Shown here one piece after another: positions 1-9,281 of a DNA stretch of 64,000 nt. A program made the translations under genes and the position numbers. The notes beneath the pieces were generated by a model. The model searched no databases, was not told the DNA's origin, and worked only from the letters and a program-made list of their open reading frames with translations. Within the stretch, counting starts at the first letter, position 1. Each line of letters begins with the position of its first letter. The stretch comes from an uncultured Planctomycetia bacterium. GTDB taxonomy: Bacteria; Omnitrophota; Gorgyraeia; Duberdicusellales; 4484-171. The stretch covers positions 9,822 to 73,821 of the forward strand of contig CAZHYN010000003.1 in NCBI GenBank assembly GCA_964536865.1, in the 5' to 3' direction.

Positions 1-851
1 AATCTTGTAAATATCTTAGCAGCAATCCCTGGCCTATCAGGAACATTACAGATAGTAATTTTTGCCTCATTTTCTGTCAATACTATTCCTCTTACCACAG
101 GTTCTTCGATAAAAGACGTTCTTCTCATAATTACTGTTCCCTCCTTTTTGGTAAAACTTGACCTCACATGAATAGGAAGATTAAACTTCTTTGCTACTTC
201 AACTGCTCTGGTCTGCATCACTTGTGCTCCTTGGGAAGCAAGTTCTAACATCTCATCAAAAGTAATATAATCAATCTTTCTAGCTTTCTTCACTATTCTA
301 GGATCGGCAGTATAAATCCCTTCCACATCAGTGTATATCTCGCACACGTCTGCCCCTAAAGCACAGGCTAAAGCTACCGCACTTAAATCAGAACCCCCTC
401 TTCCTAAAGTAGTTATCTCCTGAGCAGTACTTATCCCCTGAAATCCTGCTACAATAACAACCTTACCCTTCTTCAGTTCTTCTTTAATTCTCTTCGTCTC
501 TATCTTTAGAATCTTTGCCTTAGTATGATAAGTATCGGTGATAATTCCTACCTGAGAGCCAGTAAAGGAAATAGCATCACAACTCTTCTTATGTAAAGCC
601 ATAGCTAAGAGAGCAGAAGAAATTTGCTCTCCAGTAGAGATAAGCATATCTAGTTCTCTCTCTGAAGGATAAAGATTAATCTTCTTTGCTAAAGAAATTA
701 ATTCATCAGTAGTATCACCCATAGCTGATACTACCACTACTACTTTATTATTATCTTTCACATAACTAACCACTCTTTTCGCTACATTATCAATCCTCTC
801 TACATTGGCCACAGAACTTCCTCCGTATTTCTGTACGAGTAGTTTACTCAT
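1..851 (-). CDS. lysC: aspartate kinase, N-terminal part (gene runs off window start)
   Basis: Reverse complement from ATG at 851..849 reads MSKLLVQKYGGSSVANVERIDNVAKRVVSYVKDNNKVVVVVSAMGDTTDELISLAKK..., the classic aspartokinase N-terminus (KYGGSS, VVSAMG). The ATG overlaps the cstA stop (ATGA). Confidence 0.8.
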   Translation of the reverse strand, partial: MSKLLVQKYGGSSVANVERIDNVAKRVVSYVKDNNKVVVVVSAMGDTTDELISLAKKINLYPSERELDMLISTGEQISSALLAMALHKKSCDAISFTGSQVGIITDTYHTKAKILKIETKRIKEELKKGKVVIVAGFQGISTAQEITTLGRGGSDLSAVALACALGADVCEIYTDVEGIYTADPRIVKKARKIDYITFDEMLELASQGAQVMQTRAVEVAKKFNLPIHVRSSFTKKEGTVIMRRTSFIEEPVVRGIVLTENEAKITICNVPDRPGIAAKIFTR

Positions 852-2419
852 CGAATATGAGAAATCTTTAATTTTAGTCTTATAAATTCATCAACAACTA
901 ATCCTGCCATAAGAAGAAGAACGAGAGAGATACCAAATAAGAGCCAGTTACCTTGGGCGAAAAACTTTACCATACTTAAGACTAAGGCTATAGTAGTAAT
1001 AAGCAACATTATTATCGCAGGGATAACAGCAACCTTGAAGTTTTTCTTCTTAGAAATTAACCAAGCACTGATAACAATTAAAGCTAAAGCTGCTACTAAC
1101 TGGTTAGAAGCTCCAAATATAGGCCACAGAATTTGCCATTGCCCAGTCACCCCTAAATAACCTCCTACTAAAATAACTATCGTTGTAGCGACAAACTTAT
1201 TTTTAATGCCTACTAACTCCTGAGTAATGAAACGAGTAATCCTAGTAGCGCTATCTAAGGTAGTCAGAATGAAAGTGTTAAGAATTACCAGAGCAACTAC
1301 CTTACCGTAATCTCCTAAGAAGTAAACTATCTTAGAAAATCCTAAAGAAAATAATTCCATTGGTGAAACATGAGATGGATTCTTTAAAACAAAGGCTACG
1401 GAAAACAAAGCAATTGTTGCCAATACCCCTTCCAATACCATAGCTCCCAAACCTATTCTCTTAGCATGGAGTTCAGAAGAGATCTGCTTGGAAGTAGTTC
1501 CACTGGAGACTAAAGAATGAAACCCTGAGATAGCTCCACAGGCCACGGTAATAAACATTACAGGAAATATAGGTCCTAACGAAGATGAATACTTAAATAA
1601 CACTGCTCCCCTAATAGAAAAAGGTCTTGTAAATAATCCTATCAAAGAAACACCAATCCCAAAAAACAAGAGAAAACTAGAGATATAGTCTCTGGGTTGA
1701 AGCAAGATATTTACAGGAAGTATAGAAGCAAAAAAAGCATATAGAAAAAGAATAATCATCCAGAAAAGATAAGGGTTAGCTGAATTTAATCTTATTTTAA
1801 AAAACTCTCCTCCTACCACAAGAAGGAAAAGAAGTATTAACCCCACTAAGGTAGAGAAAACTGTATTGACTCTTAAATTGTATATTAGGACTCCCACAAA
1901 GATAGCTACGGGAATTAAACCCAAAGAAGGTAAGACTACTCCAGGCTGAGAAATAAAGCTCTTAGCACATAGAGAAGCAAAAACTGCAATGACGATAACT
2001 AAAGCGAACCACAAAAACCCCAAAAACACTTTACTTGCTCTATAGGAAATATACTCTTTAGAAATATTACCTATAGTTTGACCACCTTCTCTTATAGAAA
2101 TAACCAATGACAAAAAGTCGTGTACCCCTCCCATAAAGATAGTACCCAAAACAATCCATAAAAGTGCTCCTAACCATCCCCAACTTATGTATGCAAGCAC
2201 CGGTCCTACAATAGGACCTGCTCCAGCAATAGAAGCAAAATGATGACCGAATAGAATTAACCAATTCTTTGCAGGAACAAAATCACTCCCATCGTACTTT
2301 ACCACAGCAGGAGTAGGATTATTCTTATTAATATCCAAGAGCTTAGATAAATAACCTCCATACACTATGTACCCCAAGATAAAGGTTACTAATACACCAA
2401 CGAATAGAACCGTACTCAT
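848..2419 (-). CDS. cstA: carbon starvation protein A family peptide transporter
   Basis: 523-aa polytopic membrane protein carrying the CstA signature GHHFASIAGAGPIVGPVLA near the N-terminus. Confidence 0.75.
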   Translation of the reverse strand: MSTVLFVGVLVTFILGYIVYGGYLSKLLDINKNNPTPAVVKYDGSDFVPAKNWLILFGHHFASIAGAGPIVGPVLAYISWGWLGALLWIVLGTIFMGGVHDFLSLVISIREGGQTIGNISKEYISYRASKVFLGFLWFALVIVIAVFASLCAKSFISQPGVVLPSLGLIPVAIFVGVLIYNLRVNTVFSTLVGLILLFLLVVGGEFFKIRLNSANPYLFWMIILFLYAFFASILPVNILLQPRDYISSFLLFFGIGVSLIGLFTRPFSIRGAVLFKYSSSLGPIFPVMFITVACGAISGFHSLVSSGTTSKQISSELHAKRIGLGAMVLEGVLATIALFSVAFVLKNPSHVSPMELFSLGFSKIVYFLGDYGKVVALVILNTFILTTLDSATRITRFITQELVGIKNKFVATTIVILVGGYLGVTGQWQILWPIFGASNQLVAALALIVISAWLISKKKNFKVAVIPAIIMLLITTIALVLSMVKFFAQGNWLLFGISLVLLLMAGLVVDEFIRLKLKISHIR

Positions 2420-3615
2420 TCTTTAAGGAAGTATTGAAGGAGTCCTACTCCCCTATCAAAGTATAAACTACTGTTCTGTGCTTCTAATTCAGAAAAACAG
2501 CTAAATCCCCCCTTCTCTACTCCCTCCCCAGCAATCAAAAAAGGAACGGGCTCATCGGTATGAGTCCTTTTAGATATAGGGGTGGGGTGATCAGGAACAA
2601 CTAAAATACGGAATTTCTCCTTTTTTGAATTCAGATTTTCTACAATAGTCCCTATAACGAATTTATCTATCCTTTCCAGACAGATTATCTTCATACGTAA
2701 ATCTTGATTGTGAGAAGCCTCATCAGTAGCCTCTATATGTACAAAAACAAAATCAACTTCTTCTAAAGCACGCAGAGCAGACTCTGCTTTTCCTTGATAG
2801 TTAGTATCGTAGTATCCCGTTGCTCCTTCAACCTCGATCACTTTTAGATTAACTAACTTACCTATCCCTTTTATTAAATCTACTGCAGAAATTACCGCTC
2901 CCCTTAAACCAAATTTCTTTTGGAAACTCTCCATAGATGGTTTTGGTCCACAACCCCATAACCAAATCATATTAGCAGGGCTTTCTCCTAAATCTATCCT
3001 TACTTTGTTGATTTCATGTTCTCTGAGTACTTCCTTAGACTTGTTCATAAGGTCTATAATAATATTAGCATTATTACCTTTGGGAAAGTGAGGAATTATA
3101 CTCTTACCTATGATATCATGAGGAGGCCAATATTTTAACTTATCTAACCCTAGAGGCAATCCTCCTCTATACACCATAAGATTACGATAACTTTTACCAA
3201 GGTAGAATCTAATCTCTCTACTACCTAAACTCTTATTGAGAGCATCTATGAGAAAGGAAGCTTCTTTATCGGTTATGTGTCCGGCACTATAGTCTAAGAG
3301 AATATCATCATTCTCTGTAATAAGATTACACCGGAAAGCTAAATCTTTTTCTCCCAAAGCTATCCCTAAGTTAGCTGCCTCCAGAGGTCCTCTACCGGTA
3401 TAATATTTTTCCGGCTCATAACCCAGAAGAGAAAGATTAGCTACGTCACTAGAAGGGCTAAATCCTAAAGGTACAGTTTTCACTCTTCCTAAGATACCTT
3501 GGGAAGCTAACTTATCCATGAAAGGAGTATCAGCTACCTCTAAAGGAGTCTTCCCATTGAGGACTTCTAAAGGATAATCGCCCGCTCCATCAGGGACTAC
3601 TACTATGTATTTCAT
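2416..3615 (-). CDS. apgM: 2,3-bisphosphoglycerate-independent phosphoglycerate mutase, archaeal type (ApgM family)
   Basis: 399 aa; N-terminal VVPDGAGD motif; overall ApgM/PPM-like metalloenzyme pattern. Confidence 0.7.
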   Translation of the reverse strand: MKYIVVVPDGAGDYPLEVLNGKTPLEVADTPFMDKLASQGILGRVKTVPLGFSPSSDVANLSLLGYEPEKYYTGRGPLEAANLGIALGEKDLAFRCNLITENDDILLDYSAGHITDKEASFLIDALNKSLGSREIRFYLGKSYRNLMVYRGGLPLGLDKLKYWPPHDIIGKSIIPHFPKGNNANIIIDLMNKSKEVLREHEINKVRIDLGESPANMIWLWGCGPKPSMESFQKKFGLRGAVISAVDLIKGIGKLVNLKVIEVEGATGYYDTNYQGKAESALRALEEVDFVFVHIEATDEASHNQDLRMKIICLERIDKFVIGTIVENLNSKKEKFRILVVPDHPTPISKRTHTDEPVPFLIAGEGVEKGGFSCFSELEAQNSSLYFDRGVGLLQYFLKE

Positions 3616-3685
3616 AGATATAAAGTTTAATATAAAAAAGAAGAAAGTGCAAGCTCTTTATACGGACAGGTAAATCGTAGGTAAA

Positions 3686-4192
3686 TTACTTTCTCTCTAC
3701 AGAAATCTCTCCCAGCTCTACTTTTTCTGAGGATACCCTCTCTTTAGAGATAGTTCCTTTTGCTTTCTCAATCTGCGTCCGTAAACTCTCCAAATCATCA
3801 AAAATACCTGCTAAGGTATCTGCATACATGTTACGCAAATCATCTATGCTGTCAGTAATCGCTAAGAGTTTAGAAACGAGTTTCTTTCTCTCCATGTCTC
3901 CTGTATCTAACCTACTTTCAATTAAAGATAAATCCTTAGAGTAAGTATCTATCTGAGAAGATAAACTACCTAAAGAATTTCTTATCTTCTTTAGATTCCC
4001 AGTAAACTTATCAATTTTGCTCTCCAGGAGTGCTAACTTCTTATCGATAAGGTTGGAATGATTAGAAACTTGAGAAATTTTTTTACTCTGCTGGTTATAA
4101 AAATAGTAACCTGCTCCTGTAATTGCTCCTACTAATAAAAACAGAACTATAATTGCTATAGTTATACCTACACTTTTTTTCTCTTTCTCCAT
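3686..4192 (-). CDS. hypothetical membrane-anchored coiled-coil protein
   Basis: 168 aa with an N-terminal TM helix (ITIAIIVLFLLVGAITGAG) followed by heptad-rich, charged sequence. No family recognized. Confidence 0.45.
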   Translation of the reverse strand: MEKEKKSVGITIAIIVLFLLVGAITGAGYYFYNQQSKKISQVSNHSNLIDKKLALLESKIDKFTGNLKKIRNSLGSLSSQIDTYSKDLSLIESRLDTGDMERKKLVSKLLAITDSIDDLRNMYADTLAGIFDDLESLRTQIEKAKGTISKERVSSEKVELGEISVERK

Positions 4193-4261
4193 CTCTCACC
4201 TCCTTTTGCTTTGTTATTTTACTCTTTTTCTAAAATAAATCAAGCCATTTATCCTTGGGTT

Positions 4262-5528
4262 CTGTCAACAAAAGTATGTAAATTCATAAAGGCTATAACC
4301 ACCTATTCCCATATTAAACCTTTCAACTAAAAAATAAATACCCTATTGACACTTTTTTCTCTCTAAATCCTGCCCTCTATCCTGGTTAGTTGTTCTAATC
4401 TTTTAAGAATCTCTCTATTAAATTGGTGCTTTTTATTAAGGAATGAAATTTAGCAGGGTATTTATAAAAAGTTAAAGTTTTGTCTATGTTTTTAAGTAAA
4501 ATATTAAAAAATTTAGGCTCTTTATCCTGGTATTCTTTTTTGAAGGTATTTAATTTACTCAGGAATTCGTTCTTTGTTTTTACTTTATAGAGATTATAGG
4601 CCTTCTCTCTTATAGAAGGAAGTAACTTCTTATTTTTTATGTATCTTAGGGCTTCCCTTACATAGTGGACACAATATATTTGAGTATCTTTATCAGGATA
4701 AACAAACAAAAAGGCATTTTCTATTGTCTTTTTGCCATCAGAGATAAGCATTTTTAAGTTTTTTCCCTCTAGACCTTTTTCCTTTAATTCAAAGAAAAAG
4801 TTTGTATAGTTTATCTCATTTTCACTTGATACTATTTTAAAATAAAGGATTTCATAGCTTAAATCCTCTTTTATCTCTATGCAGAATAAACAAGGCCTCT
4901 TTCTTTTACCCTCTGGCTTTATCTTTATATATTTGGCATCTACTATTAAGAAGAAATAATCATCGGTTAATTTTTTCTTTAAGAATTGATTAACTAAGCT
5001 ATCTAATCTTTTTAAAATATTAGATACTGTTTGATGGCTTATGCTTGATTCTGAGAAGAAATTATAGAAAAACTTAGCTGTTTTTCTTGTAGATTGCCCA
5101 TTTAGAAAACAATTAAGTATGGCATAGTCAAATTCATCTAATCTTCTTTGATAGGCCTTTATGAGTTTAAATTTAACTTTTCTTCTTGCCCGAGGTACTA
5201 AAAAATTATCAATTCTGCCTCCAATATGGGTGATAAGGCTTCTTGGATGGTAGCCGTTCCTGTAGCCTTCTCTTAATTCACAGCGCTGGTATCTTTCTGC
5301 TTTCAATATGGCTTCTAATTCCTTATTTAGGCTATATTCTAAAACTTGCTTTATCATTTGCTTTACCTTGCCTCTTAAATCAAGCCAGAATATCTCTTTT
5401 GGCAAAATATCCTTGAGGTCAGTCCACCTTAGGAGTAAATTTTTACCAGAATCAAAGCTTATTTGTTTGCCGGCTTATCACCTCCTTTCCTTTTTAGGAG
5501 GGTATAGCCTTTTTTATTTAGCCTGTCA
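4262..5528 (-). mobile_element. IS256-family insertion sequence (about 1.25 kb) with imperfect terminal inverted repeats
   Basis: IR-like AAAGGCTATAACCACCTATTC at 4288-4308 matches the reverse complement of GGAGGGTATAGCCTTT at 5497-5512 (14/16). A CTGTCAA motif is present on both flanks (4262-4268 and 5522-5528). The element encloses the transposase ORF. Confidence 0.5.
4395..5405 (-). CDS. IS256-family (Mutator-type) transposase, C-terminally truncated or degenerate
   Basis: RYQRCELREGYRNGYHPRSLITHIGGRIDNFLVPRARR and the DDE region (...LISDGKKTIENAFLFVYPDKDTQIYCVHYVREALRYI...) match IS256 transposases. The ORF stops after STNLIERFLKD, about 50 aa short of full length. Confidence 0.7.
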   Translation of the reverse strand: MPKEIFWLDLRGKVKQMIKQVLEYSLNKELEAILKAERYQRCELREGYRNGYHPRSLITHIGGRIDNFLVPRARRKVKFKLIKAYQRRLDEFDYAILNCFLNGQSTRKTAKFFYNFFSESSISHQTVSNILKRLDSLVNQFLKKKLTDDYFFLIVDAKYIKIKPEGKRKRPCLFCIEIKEDLSYEILYFKIVSSENEINYTNFFFELKEKGLEGKNLKMLISDGKKTIENAFLFVYPDKDTQIYCVHYVREALRYIKNKKLLPSIREKAYNLYKVKTKNEFLSKLNTFKKEYQDKEPKFFNILLKNIDKTLTFYKYPAKFHSLIKSTNLIERFLKD

Positions 5529-5556
5529 AGAATTTACACAGAATATTTTACAGTGC

Positions 5557-6459
5557 CTATCCTTTTTCCAAGTAACAAGCTAAGAAATGATTATTTTCAA
5601 TCTCTATGAGAGTTGGTTCTTTAAGACATACCTCCTTCTTATAAGGACACCGTGGAAAAAATCTACATCCTTTCTCAGGTAAAGTTGGTTCAGGAATATC
5701 TTTTAATTTAAGAGCAGTGGCTTCCAGGAGAAGCTTTGTATAAGGATGAAGAGGATTTTTATAAATTAAATCTTTTGGAGCAAATTCTACTATCTTACCA
5801 TAGTACATTACAAACACCCACCAGGCTAAGTGTTTTACTAACTTAAGATTATGAGATATAAAAAGAAAACCTACTTTCTTTTCTTGTTGAATCTTAAGAA
5901 GGAGATCGATAATCTTACTAGTGGTAGAGATATCTAAAGCAGAAGTAGGCTCATCCAAAATAAGAAGGGAAGGATTATTTATAAGACTCCGGGCAATACA
6001 AACTCTTTGCAGTTGACCCCCACTTAATTGGTGGGGATAACGCCAAAGAACATTTTCTGGCAACTCTACACTTTTCAACAATTCCTTAAAAAACGTGACT
6101 GCCTCTCTCTTATTCATCTTGGTAAATATAGAAAGTGCTTCATAGAAAGAAAAAAATACTCTACAACGTGGATCTAAACTAAGGTAAGGATTCTGAAATA
6201 CCATCTGTGCATTCCTTCTTAAAAATGCTCTGTTTTTCTTAGAGGTTATCTCCTCGCCTCTAAGGTAAATTTTCCCTGCTTCAGGAGGATAAAGCCCTAC
6301 AATCACCTTAGCGAGAGTAGTCTTCCCACAACCGGATTCCCCTACCAAAGCAGAGGTTTGCCCCTCTTCTACAAAAAGGTTCACCCCATCCAGAGCTTTA
6401 ACTACCTTTCTCCTATGAATAAAGTATTTTCTCACTTCCTCTATCTGTAAGAGTTTCAT
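5557..6459 (-). CDS. oppF: oligopeptide/dipeptide ABC transporter ATP-binding protein
   Basis: Walker A GESGCGKTT, LSGGQLQRVCIARSL signature, and a C-terminal oligopeptide-type extension. Confidence 0.85.
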   Translation of the reverse strand: MKLLQIEEVRKYFIHRRKVVKALDGVNLFVEEGQTSALVGESGCGKTTLAKVIVGLYPPEAGKIYLRGEEITSKKNRAFLRRNAQMVFQNPYLSLDPRCRVFFSFYEALSIFTKMNKREAVTFFKELLKSVELPENVLWRYPHQLSGGQLQRVCIARSLINNPSLLILDEPTSALDISTTSKIIDLLLKIQQEKKVGFLFISHNLKLVKHLAWWVFVMYYGKIVEFAPKDLIYKNPLHPYTKLLLEATALKLKDIPEPTLPEKGCRFFPRCPYKKEVCLKEPTLIEIENNHFLACYLEKG

Positions 6460-7248
6460 CTACTCTAGTCTCTTAAATGCCTCTATTAGTTCTTTAGTAT
6501 AAGGATCCTTGGGCTCTCTAAACAAAGCCTCTTTCTCCCTTATCTCTTTCATCTCTCCTTCATAGAGAACACAAATTCTATCACAGATAACCCTCGCTAA
6601 GTCCAAATTGTGAGTGATAAAAATAACTGAAAGATTAAGCTCCTCTTTTAACCTTAAAAAAAGATGAATGATTTGACTCTCCACAGTGATATCTAGATTA
6701 CTGGTAGGCTCATCAGCGATAAGGATTAAAGGAGAAAGAGCTATAGAGAAAGCGATAGCTATTCTCTGCAGTTGTCCTCCACTCAAAGTATGAGGATAAC
6801 TCCTTAAAATCCGCTCTTCTTCTACCAATTTTACCCTTTTAAATGAGTCATGTATTATTTGAGAAACCAGATTCTTCTCTTTTAAATTTAGCTTCTCTCG
6901 TAAAATCTCTCTAAATTGATAACCAATAGTTAACACAGGATTGAAAGAAGCGGCTGGCTCTTGAAATATTAATCCTATCTTCCTCCCTCTTATACATAGT
7001 AAATCTTGTTCTGACAAAGAAAAAATATCTCTACCTTCAAATATAATTTTGCCACTAGTGTAAGCTTTCTCATCCAGAAGAGAAAGAATCGAAAGCCCCA
7101 ATGTAGTTTTGCCACTTCCTGACTCCCCCACCACTCCCAGAATTTCTCCCTCTTTAAGGGAAAAACTTACTTCCTTTAAAGCATAAATCTTTCTTTCCTC
7201 TACCTTATAAATCACACTTAAATTTTTTACCGTAAGAATCTCTCTCAT
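6460..7248 (-). CDS. oppD: oligopeptide/dipeptide ABC transporter ATP-binding protein
   Basis: GESGSGKTT, LSGGQLQRIAIA. Start moved to the internal Met (MREILTVKNL...), which overlaps the oppC stop (ATGA). The track ORF 6460..7311 is an upstream extension. Confidence 0.85.
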   Translation of the reverse strand: MREILTVKNLSVIYKVEERKIYALKEVSFSLKEGEILGVVGESGSGKTTLGLSILSLLDEKAYTSGKIIFEGRDIFSLSEQDLLCIRGRKIGLIFQEPAASFNPVLTIGYQFREILREKLNLKEKNLVSQIIHDSFKRVKLVEEERILRSYPHTLSGGQLQRIAIAFSIALSPLILIADEPTSNLDITVESQIIHLFLRLKEELNLSVIFITHNLDLARVICDRICVLYEGEMKEIREKEALFREPKDPYTKELIEAFKRLE

Positions 7249-8306
7249 ATAGAGATTTTCTTTTTGGGGTCCAATATATCTCTTAAACTTTCTCCCAAGA
7301 TATAGAAACACATTGAGCTAACTACGATGAATATACCAGGAGTAAGTATCCAAGGAAAAATTTTTATATTCACTATACCTAAGGCAGAACTAAGTAGGTT
7401 TCCCCAACTTGCCTGGGGCTCCTGAATTCCTAACCCTAAAAGACTCAAAGCTGCTTCTCCTAATATATACCCAGGAATACTCAACACAATTGCTACTAAT
7501 GCATAAGAGAAAGTATGAGGAATAATGTGGCGCAAAATTATTTTGAAATCACTTACTCCTAATATCTTGGCAGCATAGATGTAATCTCTTTCTCTTAAAG
7601 ATAAGGCCATTCCTCTTATTACTCTTGCTATTGATGCCCATCCAATGAAAGAAAGAATTACTATAATAAGAAGATAAACCTGGGTGGAGCTAAGGTTTGG
7701 AGGGAAGGAAGCTCTTAAAGCGAGCATAAGGTAAAAAGCAGGGACCATCATCATCATCTCTACTAATCTCATAATCACGTTATCTATCTTACCTCCAAAA
7801 TAACCAGAAATTGCTCCCACCAAGATTCCAATGAAAAAGGAAATACCAGCACCAATTAACCCTATAGAGAGAGATACTCTTGAACCGTAGAGAATCCGGG
7901 AAAACAAATCTCTCCCTTTGGAATCTGCTCCTAAAAGAAATAGTTTTACCCCCGAAACACCGAAAAGATGAATATCTGTCTCCACTATCCCTAAGAGTTT
8001 GTATTTAAATCCGTGGACAAAAAACTTTACAGGGTAAACTTTACTTCTATCCTCATAATAAATGCGACGGTAATATTGATCTATATAAAACTTATACTTA
8101 TAAACAAAGGGCTTAAAGAAGACTCTCTTATGGAAATCGAAAAAATGGACCTTTGTAGGAGGACACCAAAGATAATCAATATCATCTTCATGGTAAGAAT
8201 AGGGAGAAAGAAAATCAGCAAAAATAGCTCCTAAGTAAAACAGAGAGAGAAAAACCAAAGAACCCATTGCTAACTTACTCTTAATTAATTCTTTAAAAAT
8301 CCTCAT
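7245..8306 (-). CDS. oppC: oligopeptide ABC transporter permease
   Basis: 353-aa polytopic protein of the OppC/DppC type with a binding-protein-dependent transport inner-membrane motif. Confidence 0.8.
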   Translation of the reverse strand: MRIFKELIKSKLAMGSLVFLSLFYLGAIFADFLSPYSYHEDDIDYLWCPPTKVHFFDFHKRVFFKPFVYKYKFYIDQYYRRIYYEDRSKVYPVKFFVHGFKYKLLGIVETDIHLFGVSGVKLFLLGADSKGRDLFSRILYGSRVSLSIGLIGAGISFFIGILVGAISGYFGGKIDNVIMRLVEMMMMVPAFYLMLALRASFPPNLSSTQVYLLIIVILSFIGWASIARVIRGMALSLRERDYIYAAKILGVSDFKIILRHIIPHTFSYALVAIVLSIPGYILGEAALSLLGLGIQEPQASWGNLLSSALGIVNIKIFPWILTPGIFIVVSSMCFYILGESLRDILDPKKKISI

Positions 8307-9281
8307 CTACCTATTGGTTTGATATCTTATCCTTGGGTCAAATAAAGCTAAAAGAATATCGGCACCTAAATTTCCTAAAATAAGGAGCGCTGCAGCAATT
8401 AAAACTGTACCCATAACTAAGTACAAATCCTGAGAAACTACTGCTTCTAAGGTAACCTGACCCAGACCAGGCCAACCACAGATAATTTCGGTAAGGGCAG
8501 CACCACTTAAAAGAGAAGAAAACTGATAACCAAAGATAGTAATCATAGGGTTTAATGCATTCTTCAGGGCATGGATGTAGATAATCCTTGCCCGTGATAG
8601 TCCCCTTGCCTTAGCGGCTAAAATATAGGAAGAGCCTAAAACTTCGAGGAGATTAGCTCTTAATATCCTATGGAGGGAAGCTACCGTTCCAAAAGAAAGC
8701 ACCAAAGTAGGAATAATAAGGTGTCTTAAAATATCTAAAACCTTTCTCCAAAAAGTAAATTCGTCAAACCTTAACGACCGCATCCCCCCCAAAGGGAGGA
8801 GGTTACTGAAACTGGCTAAGTAAAGAAGAAGGAAAGCTAAAAAGAATGTGGGAGTAGAAATCCCTAAGTAGGAAAAAAAAGATAAAAATCTGTCCATGAA
8901 CCTGTTACGATAAGCAACTGCTAATACTGCTAAGGGTATAACCAGAATCCAGCTAATCACAATTACGGATATAGAGAGAACAAGAGTATTTAATGCACGA
9001 GAAGAAATCACTTTGATCACTGGAGCATTATAAGAAAAAGAATATCCCCAATCAAATTTTATGATATTTTTAAGCCAAAAGAAGTACTGGACAACTATCG
9101 GCTTATCTAAATTAAATTTCTCTCGATATAGTTCTATAGTCTCTTTAGAAACTTGTGGGTTTAATTTTAACTTATCAAAAAAATCTCCTGGAGCAATTTG
9201 GATAAACAGAAAAGTAATAAAGGTTATTCCCAAAATAAGAGGAATAGCTACCAGAAATCTCTTCCCAATAAACCTTATCAT
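8307..9281 (-). CDS. oppB: oligopeptide ABC transporter permease
   Basis: 324-aa OppB/DppB-type permease. Gene order matches oppABCDF. Confidence 0.8.
   Translation of the reverse strand: MIRFIGKRFLVAIPLILGITFITFLFIQIAPGDFFDKLKLNPQVSKETIELYREKFNLDKPIVVQYFFWLKNIIKFDWGYSFSYNAPVIKVISSRALNTLVLSISVIVISWILVIPLAVLAVAYRNRFMDRFLSFFSYLGISTPTFFLAFLLLYLASFSNLLPLGGMRSLRFDEFTFWRKVLDILRHLIIPTLVLSFGTVASLHRILRANLLEVLGSSYILAAKARGLSRARIIYIHALKNALNPMITIFGYQFSSLLSGAALTEIICGWPGLGQVTLEAVVSQDLYLVMGTVLIAAALLILGNLGADILLALFDPRIRYQTNR

Noticed and set aside
2067-2264. 65-aa ORF nested inside cstA (same strand, other frame)
   Set aside because: Fully embedded in a well-supported membrane-protein gene; no motif; a spurious frame.
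5308-5583. 91-aa plus-strand ORF across the IS256 end / oppF 3' end
   Set aside because: Antisense to the transposase and oppF; low-complexity translation.
6460-7311. Track ORF giving OppD a 21-codon N-terminal extension that overlaps oppC
   Set aside because: The internal Met (MREILTVKNL) gives a canonical ABC N-terminus and an ATGA junction with oppC. The extension is a reading-frame run-on.
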